DNA of 64,000 nt, taken from contig LCLX01000001.1 of NCBI GenBank assembly GCA_001002285.1, positions 316,895 to 380,894 of the forward strand. Direction: 5' to 3'. Origin of the DNA: Microgenomates group bacterium GW2011_GWC1_46_15. Lineage in GTDB: Bacteria; Patescibacteriota; Microgenomatia; UBA1400; UBA12028. The notes under the pieces were generated by a model, which was given only the letters and a program-made list of their open reading frames with translations, searched no databases and was not told the origin of the DNA. Shown in pieces: positions 1-7,558 of this stretch. Within the stretch, counting starts at the first letter, position 1, and each line of letters starts with the position of its first letter. A program made the translations under genes and the position numbers.

Positions 1-555
1 AAGAATGAAGTTGGGTTGGCGACGGGTCTTGCGTGGACGCCCGTTGGCGGTGACGTCTTGTTTATTGAAGTTGCATTGATGGATGGCAAAGGGAACGTAA
101 TTTTAACGGGCCAGCTTGGAAAAGTGATGCAGGAGTCCGCGCGCGCGGCACTGACATACGTAAAAGCCAACGCCACAAGCCTTGGTATCTCGAAAAGTAA
201 GCTCACAAAGACCGATATTCACGTTCACGTTCCTGAGGGTGCGGTACCTAAAGACGGACCGTCTGCTGGTGTAACAATGACAACCGCGATGATTTCGGCG
301 TTCACGAACACGCCGATTAAAAAAGATGTTGCGATGACAGGAGAAGTAACGCTCCGTGGCAAAGTGTTGGAAATCGGCGGGCTCAAAGAAAAAGTGATTG
401 CCGCGCACCGTGCCGGCATTACGCACGTGATCGCGCCTGAAGCAAACAAAAAAGACATGCGCGAGATTCCGGAAAAAGTGCAAAAAGATATTACGTTCCA
501 CTTTGCGTCAACGGTGAAAGACGTGCTTTCTTGGGCGCTTGCGAAGAAAAAGTAA
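1..555 (+). CDS. lon: ATP-dependent Lon protease, C-terminal proteolytic domain (5' end outside window)
   Basis: Motifs [26 protein letters not shown] (catalytic Ser) and IGGLKEK (catalytic Lys); frame is open from base 1. Confidence 0.97.
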   Translation, partial: KNEVGLATGLAWTPVGGDVLFIEVALMDGKGNVILTGQLGKVMQESARAALTYVKANATSLGISKSKLTKTDIHVHVPEGAVPKDGPSAGVTMTTAMISAFTNTPIKKDVAMTGEVTLRGKVLEIGGLKEKVIAAHRAGITHVIAPEANKKDMREIPEKVQKDITFHFASTVKDVLSWALAKKK

Positions 556-558
556 AAA

Positions 559-1656
559 TTATTTTTCCCGCGTGATCACAAACTGTGCAAGCTCAATAAG
601 AAGTGATTTTTGGTGGGATTCTGGCAGTGATGCAAGCGCTGTGACTCCTTTTTGCACACACTCCACCGCGCGTGTTTTACTGTACTCCAGCGATCCCGTT
701 TTTTGCACAATATCCTGCACTTTTTTCAAGTCCTGCTCTGTAAGATTTGATCCAAGCACGTTTTGAAGGAACACTTTATCTTCTTCTGTCGCGGTTTTAT
801 ACGCGTGTTGAATCAACAATGTTTTCTTTCCCTCGCGGACATCGTTTCCAACGGCCTTGCCGGTTTTTTCAGGATTGCCAAATAGTCCAAGAACATCATC
901 ATGGATTTGAAACGCGGTTCCAACCTGCATGCCGTACTCGCGCAGCGGTTTTTCATACTCTTTCCGCTTTCCCGCTAAAATCGTTCCAATCAGTAAGGGT
1001 CCAACAAACGTGTACTGCGCGGTAACTAAGTTCAATCCTTTCACAAACCGTTCTTCCGTTGCGTTTTCTAGAGGTTCCCAGTTTTGCATCATGTGGATTT
1101 TCCACCCCGTCGCGGTATCCTGGAACATTTCCTTGTTCATCACACCAAGGCTTTCCAGGATGCGTTCAGCGGGGAGTCCTGAAGTTCGCATGCACTCGTG
1201 CGCGTATGAGAACAGCAAGGCGCCGGCAATCTCACTAAAGGATCGGGCGTAATGAGGGCGCTGATCTTCCGGCAAGTTTTTCAATACCAATTTGTACTCT
1301 TCCTCGAGCGTTGGACCACCGTGCCGCACTGTATCACGGTCAACCATGTCATCGAGGCTCAATATATAGAAATGAAGCATATCCAGCGCCGTGCACGCCC
1401 GCAAGATATGTTTTTGGTCTTTTCCACCCATCATGGTATATCCAATCCAGCACAAAAACGGCCGGGTTCGTTTCCCCCCACGGAGCATGAGCTCTTCCAA
1501 CACATCAACCATTTCCTCAAGTGTTTTGTCAGTTTTCTGCGCCTCTTTCCGCTTTTCGGCAAAAAACGCGGTCAACTCACCGTTAATTTGTTGAGAAAAA
1601 GCGTGAAGTTCTTCTGCAAGACGGTGCTCAAGAACCTGTGTGCGTTGCGTATTCAT
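559..1656 (-). CDS. Polyprenyl diphosphate synthase (GGPP synthase/IdsA-like)
   Basis: GGKRTRP, first Asp-rich motif LDDMVDRDTVRHGGPT, second motif AFQIHDDVLG, GNDVREGKKT. Confidence 0.93.
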   Translation of the reverse strand: MNTQRTQVLEHRLAEELHAFSQQINGELTAFFAEKRKEAQKTDKTLEEMVDVLEELMLRGGKRTRPFLCWIGYTMMGGKDQKHILRACTALDMLHFYILSLDDMVDRDTVRHGGPTLEEEYKLVLKNLPEDQRPHYARSFSEIAGALLFSYAHECMRTSGLPAERILESLGVMNKEMFQDTATGWKIHMMQNWEPLENATEERFVKGLNLVTAQYTFVGPLLIGTILAGKRKEYEKPLREYGMQVGTAFQIHDDVLGLFGNPEKTGKAVGNDVREGKKTLLIQHAYKTATEEDKVFLQNVLGSNLTEQDLKKVQDIVQKTGSLEYSKTRAVECVQKGVTALASLPESHQKSLLIELAQFVITREK

Positions 1657-1662
1657 AGTATC

Positions 1663-1676
1663 GGTAGTATACTACC
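1663..1676. promoter_or_regulatory. Palindromic bidirectional -10 element between divergent genes
   Basis: Perfect 14-bp palindrome GGTAGTATACTACC gives TATACT on both strands. Confidence 0.55.
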
Positions 1677-1773
1677 CTCCTAGTATTCGAGTGCGCTTCT
1701 CGTTCTGTGATAGATCTACGTTATCGTGTGAGATCCGTGAGTGTGAAGCATTCAGGAAAGAAGGTGAATATTC

Positions 1774-2142
1774 ATGGATCAAAACAATAAAAAGTTGTTC
1801 GTAGGAAACCTTGATTACACTGTTACATCAGAAGACATCAAGGAATTTTTCTCCCAGTTTGGAACCGTTACAGATGCTATCGTTTTAACCGATAAGTTTT
1901 CTGGACGCTCCAAAGGATTTGGATTTGTCACATTCGAGACGGAAGACATGGCGACAGCAGCGGTTAACGCGGCTAACGAAATGGAGTTCAAGGGAAGAAA
2001 GCTGAACGTTTCTATTGCCAAACCACCCAAACCAAGAGAAGATCGCGGTTTTGGAGGCGGAGGAGGCTATAACAGAGGCGGAGGCGCAGGCGCAGGAGGA
2101 GGAAGTAAGTTCTCAAGAGGCGGTGGAAGAGGCGGATACTAA
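1774..2142 (+). CDS. RRM RNA-binding protein with Gly/Arg-rich tail
   Basis: RNP2 LFVGNL, RNP1 KGFGFVTF, C-terminal GGGGGYNRGG/RGG repeats; purine-rich SD-like GAAGGTGA upstream. Confidence 0.95.
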   Translation: MDQNNKKLFVGNLDYTVTSEDIKEFFSQFGTVTDAIVLTDKFSGRSKGFGFVTFETEDMATAAVNAANEMEFKGRKLNVSIAKPPKPREDRGFGGGGGYNRGGGAGAGGGSKFSRGGGRGGY

Positions 2143-2164
2143 ACTTTATTAGCAACGCAAATAG

Positions 2165-2188
2165 AGCCCCCGCGAAAGCGGGGGTTTT
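2165..2188 (+). terminator. Intrinsic terminator hairpin
   Basis: GCCCCCGC-GAAA-GCGGGGGT followed by T run, just downstream of the RRM gene. Confidence 0.85.
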
Positions 2189-2204
2189 GGTATGATAGGG
2201 TGTT

Positions 2205-3224
2205 ATGCGGCAACGACTTCTCTTTCTTAGTGTGTTTCTTTTTTCATTCATCATGAGTTTGGCGTGGTTTGTGTATATTCAACCATTTTTCCGTGTTTCT
2301 CAACTGAACTTGCGCACTGTCGTAGCAGGTGTACAGACAGGACTGAACCAAAACGTTCGTCAATGGAACGGCCGAGTAAACTTTCTCATCCTTGGGACGG
2401 ACGATATTGAGGGAAGAAACGGCTCGGGCATATTAACAGACACAATGATTGTACTTTCGCTGAATGTACATACAGGAAAAGGCGTGTTGATTCCCGTGCC
2501 CCGCGATCTCTGGCTTGCTGATGAGAAAACAAAAATCAACGCAATGTACTACTATGGAAAAACAACCAATCCTGCTCATCCGGAACAGCGGTCGGCCGAG
2601 GCAGTCAGCGTGGTGCTTGGTGTACCAATACAGTACACAGTAGTTACACAACTCCAAACGATCTCAGAAGTGATTGACGCGCTCGGCGGTGTGGACATTC
2701 ATGTTCAAAAAACATTTACCGACGCGATATTCCCACGCGAAGGCGTTGATGTTACTAAAGAGAAAGATCCAAATGTTTTGTATGAAACGGTTACGTTTAC
2801 CGAAGGCGACCACCGCATGTTGGGCAAAGAAGCCTTGCAGTACATGCGTTCCCGCCACAGCACGGACTTAGAAGAAGGAACGGATGACGCGCGTTCCCGC
2901 AGGCAGGAGCAGGTCATGTACGCGGTTATTGGCGCGGTCAAACGTGAAGTTCAACATAAAAACGCACTGGCGCTTGGCAAGCTTTTTGCGATCTATGAGA
3001 AAAACTTTAGTCAAGAGTTGCCCCTTCCCGATCTCGTTGCTCTGGCAAAAACAATGAAAACAAACCTTGTCCACATCGAGTTGAAGCAACACACGATCAT
3101 GCCGCTTTTGGTGCATCCAGCAGTGGCGAAGTACAAACAGTGGGTGTATGAACCCATTGATCCAACCTGGCAAAAGATCCATAAAGATGTTTCTTTGGCC
3201 CTTTTTGGTACAATAGCCGAATGA
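2205..3224 (+). CDS. LCP (LytR-CpsA-Psr) family glycopolymer ligase
   Basis: N-terminal TM helix; NFLILGTD, TDTMIV, IPVPRDLW, KINAMY, ALQYMRSRH, ARSRRQEQV. Confidence 0.92.
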   Translation: MRQRLLFLSVFLFSFIMSLAWFVYIQPFFRVSQLNLRTVVAGVQTGLNQNVRQWNGRVNFLILGTDDIEGRNGSGILTDTMIVLSLNVHTGKGVLIPVPRDLWLADEKTKINAMYYYGKTTNPAHPEQRSAEAVSVVLGVPIQYTVVTQLQTISEVIDALGGVDIHVQKTFTDAIFPREGVDVTKEKDPNVLYETVTFTEGDHRMLGKEALQYMRSRHSTDLEEGTDDARSRRQEQVMYAVIGAVKREVQHKNALALGKLFAIYEKNFSQELPLPDLVALAKTMKTNLVHIELKQHTIMPLLVHPAVAKYKQWVYEPIDPTWQKIHKDVSLALFGTIAE

Positions 3225-3718
3225 CCGACGTGTATTTCCAGAGTCCAACCAAGGGAAAACAGAGTCTTGCTGGTGTTATCGGCGAGATTGCAGTGTTTTT
3301 GGATGAAGACAGACAAAGCCAATACCGCCTTGTTATTGGTTCTGATTCGCACGAACGCAAACTCGAAGGTAAAAAAGTTTCAAACTTTGTTACAGCAATC
3401 GTGATTCACCGTATTGGCAAGGGCGGGAGGTATTTTTGGCGCAACGGCAGACATGAAAAGATGAACTCGCTGCGGCATAAAATCTATACAGAAACACAGC
3501 TATCTTTGGAGACCGCTGGGATTTTAGTTCCAGAGCTCAACAAACAATTGGTTGGGAATAAGAACTGGGAGTTAGAAATCCACATTGATGTGGGAAACGT
3601 TGGTGATACGCGCGACATGATCAAAGAAGTTGTCAGTATGGTTATTGGCAACGGGTATAAAGCAAAAACAAAACCTGATAGTTTTGGTGCAAGCACGGTG
3701 GCAGATAAGTACACGTAA
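3221..3718 (+). CDS. RNase H-like YkuK (DUF458) family protein
   Basis: IGSDS, FVTAIVIHRIGKGGRYFW, LEIHIDVG, KPDSFGASTVADKYT. Confidence 0.88.
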   Translation: MTDVYFQSPTKGKQSLAGVIGEIAVFLDEDRQSQYRLVIGSDSHERKLEGKKVSNFVTAIVIHRIGKGGRYFWRNGRHEKMNSLRHKIYTETQLSLETAGILVPELNKQLVGNKNWELEIHIDVGNVGDTRDMIKEVVSMVIGNGYKAKTKPDSFGASTVADKYT

Positions 3719-3755
3719 AGTATCCAGAGTTTTCAGAATCTTGTACAATATCCAT

Positions 3756-4769
3756 ATGAAACTTCTTGTTACGGGTGGCGCGGGATTTATTGGATCAAAC
3801 TTCGTCTTGTATTGGTTGGCACATCATTCCGAAGATGTTGTTGTAAACTTTGACGCACTTACCTATGCCGGCAACCTTGAAAACCTCAAATCAGTAGAAA
3901 AAAATCCGCAGTACTCTTTTGTGAAAGGCGACATTACCAACCCGCAGGATGTAGAAAAAGCGATGCAAGGAGTTAATATCGTTGTTCATTTTGCCGCTGA
4001 ATCGCACGTTGACCGCTCAATCATGGATCCGTCAACATTCGTCCGCACAAACGTACTCGGAACGCAGGTGTTATTGGAAGCTGCAAAAAAAGTCGGAGTA
4101 AAAAAATTCCACCACGTATCTACTGATGAGGTGTTTGGTTCACTCGAGCTTGGTTCAACGGAAAAATTCAGCGAAACAACCCCCTACAATCCCCATAGTC
4201 CGTACTCCGCATCGAAGGCTGGTTCAGATCATTTGGTGCGTGCGTACCACGACACATACGGTCTTCCAATTACCATTACAAACTGTTCGAACAACTATGG
4301 TCCATATCACTTTCCGGAAAAACTGTTTAGCTTAACCATTACAAACATCTTGGAAGGCAAAAAAGTACCGGTCTATACGCCAGGAAACCATGTTCGCGAC
4401 TGGCTCTATGTTGAAGACCACGTGCGCGCGATTGAGATGGTTTTGCAGAAGGGGAAAGACGGCGAAACATACTGTATTGGTGGCATGACGCAGGATGTGT
4501 CTAATCTTGAAGCGGTAAAGATGATTCTCCGTCTTATGGGGAAAGACGACAGTTCGATAGAGCTTGTAAAAGACCGCCCGGGACACGACGTCCGGTACGC
4601 AATTGACTGGACAAAAATCAATACAGAACTCGGGTGGTCCCCGTCTGTTTCTCTTGAGGAAGGACTGCAAAAAACCATTGCATGGTATACTGAACACCGT
4701 GACTGGTGGATGGACGTAAAAAGCGGTACATACGCCGAGTATTACACAAAACAGTACCAAGAACGGTAA
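3756..4769 (+). CDS. rfbB: dTDP-glucose 4,6-dehydratase
   Basis: TGGAGFIGSN, HFAAESHVDRSI, HVSTDEVFG, YSASK, TNCSNNYGPY, DRPGHD; start taken at ATG 3756 behind TACAAT. Confidence 0.97.
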   Translation: MKLLVTGGAGFIGSNFVLYWLAHHSEDVVVNFDALTYAGNLENLKSVEKNPQYSFVKGDITNPQDVEKAMQGVNIVVHFAAESHVDRSIMDPSTFVRTNVLGTQVLLEAAKKVGVKKFHHVSTDEVFGSLELGSTEKFSETTPYNPHSPYSASKAGSDHLVRAYHDTYGLPITITNCSNNYGPYHFPEKLFSLTITNILEGKKVPVYTPGNHVRDWLYVEDHVRAIEMVLQKGKDGETYCIGGMTQDVSNLEAVKMILRLMGKDDSSIELVKDRPGHDVRYAIDWTKINTELGWSPSVSLEEGLQKTIAWYTEHRDWWMDVKSGTYAEYYTKQYQER

Positions 4770-4781
4770 ACGAGGAGGAAC

Positions 4782-5306
4782 ATGACGGTCCGTGAGATTA
4801 CAGCAGATTGGCTCAAGACACAAAAATGGCAGATTCAGAAGCCAAATACGGTAACAATTGACGGCGTGTTGCTCAAAGAATTGACAGTTCATTTGGACGG
4901 CCGTGGCGACGTGATCGAGTTGTGGAGTGAAAAATGGTTAAGCGAAGGAGTTGTTAAGCCTGCACACGTATATCAGTCGGCAACGGATTACGGCGTGGTA
5001 AAGTGCTGGCATTTGCATGAAACGCATACCGATCAGTTCACCGTTACGCGTGGAAAACTCCAGGTGAGCATGGTTGATGTCCGCGAAGGGTCCCCCACTT
5101 TTGGACACGTAAACACGGTTATTCTTGGCACAACCAAGCCGCGGTATCTCAAGATTCCAAACGGCATTATGCACGGATGGAAGTCGCTTGCTGAACCAGA
5201 AACACTTGTCGTCAATTTACAGTCGCACGTCTATGATCCAGCTGACGAACTCAAATTTCCATGGGACACAGTGCTGACCGAAGTGTGGCAGCCATTAAAC
5301 GGATAA
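4782..5306 (+). CDS. rfbC: dTDP-4-dehydrorhamnose 3,5-epimerase (cupin)
   Basis: HLDGRG, WHLH, VDVREGSPTFG, IPNGIMHGW; SD GAGGAGG; lies between rfbB and rfbD. Confidence 0.88.
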   Translation: MTVREITADWLKTQKWQIQKPNTVTIDGVLLKELTVHLDGRGDVIELWSEKWLSEGVVKPAHVYQSATDYGVVKCWHLHETHTDQFTVTRGKLQVSMVDVREGSPTFGHVNTVILGTTKPRYLKIPNGIMHGWKSLAEPETLVVNLQSHVYDPADELKFPWDTVLTEVWQPLNG

Positions 5307-5310
5307 TCCA

Positions 5311-6195
5311 ATGAAAAAAACACCTCTTCTCCCGCTCGTTGGCACGGGGCTTTCTGGTCTGGTCGGCTCGAAGTTTGTTGAAATGTTTGCCAAAACATAT
5401 GCGTGTACGAATCTTGACCTTACCGTTGGCGTAGATATTACAAACGAGTCGCAGGTGATGAAAGCGGTTGAAAAATCTCCAGCAGATGTTGTGATTCATT
5501 TTGCCGCATTTACCGACGCAACAGCCGCATGGCGGCAAACGGGAGATAAAAACGGTTTGTGCTACAAAGTGAACGTTGACGGAACGCGGAACATTGCAAA
5601 AGCTGCGCATGCATTTGGGAAGCACTTCATTCATCTCTCCACGGCGTTTGTATTTGATGGAGAGAAAGACACGATGTATACAGAAGATGATGCAACAAAT
5701 CCCGTTGAGTGGTATGGGGAAACAAAGGCGATGGCCGAGGATATTGTGCAAAACACCTGTTCCAGTTGGACAATTTTTAGAATTGATCAACCATTCCGCA
5801 GTGATGTATTTGAAAAAAAACCCGATACCGCACATCGGTTGATTACAGGCCTTACACAAGGAACGTTATACCCACAGTTTATTGACCACTGGTTTTCACC
5901 AACCATTTTGGAAGATTTTAGCCGAGTGTTAGACTGGGCGGTGCAGGACAAGCCACAGGGAATATTTCACGCGACCTCCGGGGTAAAAGTGAGCGATTTT
6001 GAGTACGCGACGATGATTAAGGAAGCGTTACATATAGACGGGGAGATCAAGCAAGGAAAGTTAGCTGAATATCTCCACACAATAAACCGGCCGTATCAAA
6101 AAAATACCGCGATGTCCTCAGAAAAACTCAAGTCCGAAACAAATATTGCGTTCACGCCTTTGCATCAGGCGCTTGAGCAGTTGAAGATGGTGTAA
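5311..6195 (+). CDS. rfbD: dTDP-4-dehydrorhamnose reductase
   Basis: TGLSGLVGS, IHFAAFT, HLSTAFVFDG, YxxxK motif WYGETK. Confidence 0.9.
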   Translation: MKKTPLLPLVGTGLSGLVGSKFVEMFAKTYACTNLDLTVGVDITNESQVMKAVEKSPADVVIHFAAFTDATAAWRQTGDKNGLCYKVNVDGTRNIAKAAHAFGKHFIHLSTAFVFDGEKDTMYTEDDATNPVEWYGETKAMAEDIVQNTCSSWTIFRIDQPFRSDVFEKKPDTAHRLITGLTQGTLYPQFIDHWFSPTILEDFSRVLDWAVQDKPQGIFHATSGVKVSDFEYATMIKEALHIDGEIKQGKLAEYLHTINRPYQKNTAMSSEKLKSETNIAFTPLHQALEQLKMV

Positions 6196-6203
6196 AACAA
6201 TGA

Positions 6204-6863
6204 TTATTGAATAAGAAGAAGGTTATACACAAAGAATCCACCGATCAACGCATGTGATAGAGAAATAGACACGATATTTCGGTATTTTATAAAGTTAATC
6301 TCCCAGAGAATACCTAAAAGTAAAGCTACAATCGTAATAAAGAAGTTTTGGAGTGGAAGATGAATGAACATGAAGATCAAGGATGTATATGCAATAAGGA
6401 AATATTTATTTTGCGAAACTAATTGTAAACGAGATGTAAGAAATGCTCTGAATAAGAGTTCTTGAAGTGGAGCAGACACAATGAAATAGGTAAAGACCAC
6501 ATGAAGAAAAGGATTTGTGATACTCAATATATTTCTCATGCTATTTAATGTATGAATGTCGAATATTGAAGGGAAATACCTAAATGTTATAAATATGATA
6601 AATATGCATAAGATAGTAGGAAGAATTAAACTCCGCATAGATTGTAGAAAGTTTCGCAAAGACAGTCCTAATTTTTTCTGTGATATTCCAACTGTTTTCA
6701 TGACAAAAACTAGGTAAGGAAGAGCAATAATCATCGCAATTGTTCTAAAACGATACAAAGAAGGATGAACTTTTAGGATGACTAAAGGAAGAATAAAAAG
6801 AAAAATTGTTTCCAAAAAGAGAAATAGTTTATTACCGTATAATCTTGTGAAAGAGTAATGCAT
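6204..6863 (-). CDS. CPBP/Abi (CAAX protease-like) intramembrane protein
   Basis: APLQELLFRAFL (EExxxR variant), FMFIHL, SLSHALIG; multi-TM; visibly AT-rich. Confidence 0.8.
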   Translation of the reverse strand: MHYSFTRLYGNKLFLFLETIFLFILPLVILKVHPSLYRFRTIAMIIALPYLVFVMKTVGISQKKLGLSLRNFLQSMRSLILPTILCIFIIFITFRYFPSIFDIHTLNSMRNILSITNPFLHVVFTYFIVSAPLQELLFRAFLTSRLQLVSQNKYFLIAYTSLIFMFIHLPLQNFFITIVALLLGILWEINFIKYRNIVSISLSHALIGGFFVYNLLLIQ

Positions 6864-6865
6864 AT

Positions 6866-7519
6866 TTATTTTTGGACGAATTCACCCTTTCGCCAAGCAA
6901 GAATGTTTTTGTGGTTTCCAGAAAGTAGCACTTCTGGGACGTTCATACCTTTATACTCTTCCGGCCGCGTGTACTGCGGATACTCAAAATATCCCGGACT
7001 ACTGTGTGATTCTTCTTTTGTACTTTCATCATCGCCGAGCGCGCCGGGAAGTAAACGCACAATCGAGTCCACCATCACCATCGTTGGAATCTCCCCGCCG
7101 GTTAACACATAGTCACCAATCCGCACCTCTTTGTCTACCAAAAGTTGGGCAACGCGCTCATCAACGCCTTCATAGTGGCCGCAGATAAACACAAGCCGCT
7201 TGTACTGTACGTAAGCCTGGGCGGTAGACTGGGTGTAGAGCTCGCCTTTTGCCGATGTAAGAATAATGAGTTCCCCCGGCATTCCTTTTTTTGCTTTAAG
7301 CGCTTTGAGGGCGGTATCAATGGGTTCAATCATCATCACCATACCTGGGCCACCGCCATACGGCCGGTCATCGGTTGTCTTGTGCGCATCCGTTGTCCAC
7401 TGGCGCAAATCATGGACGGCCACGGAAACAAGCCCCTTTTTCTGCGCGCGGGCAAGAATGCTCTCGGTAAGCGGGCCGGTAAACATTGAGGGAAGTGTGG
7501 TAAGAATGTCGATCTGCAT
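6866..7519 (-). CDS. trmD: tRNA (guanine-N1)-methyltransferase
   Basis: DDRPYGGGPGMVM, ICGHYEGVDERV, IGDYVLTGGE, EYPQYTRP, VPEVLLSGNH; start MQIDIL behind TATAAT. Confidence 0.97.
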   Translation of the reverse strand: MQIDILTTLPSMFTGPLTESILARAQKKGLVSVAVHDLRQWTTDAHKTTDDRPYGGGPGMVMMIEPIDTALKALKAKKGMPGELIILTSAKGELYTQSTAQAYVQYKRLVFICGHYEGVDERVAQLLVDKEVRIGDYVLTGGEIPTMVMVDSIVRLLPGALGDDESTKEESHSSPGYFEYPQYTRPEEYKGMNVPEVLLSGNHKNILAWRKGEFVQK

Positions 7520-7558
7520 ACCCTGTATTATACCGTCTACGTTTGATATCATGTGGAC

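Noticed and set aside
2050-2140. GGAGGC/GGCGGA repeats
   Set aside because: Explained by Gly codons of the RRM tail
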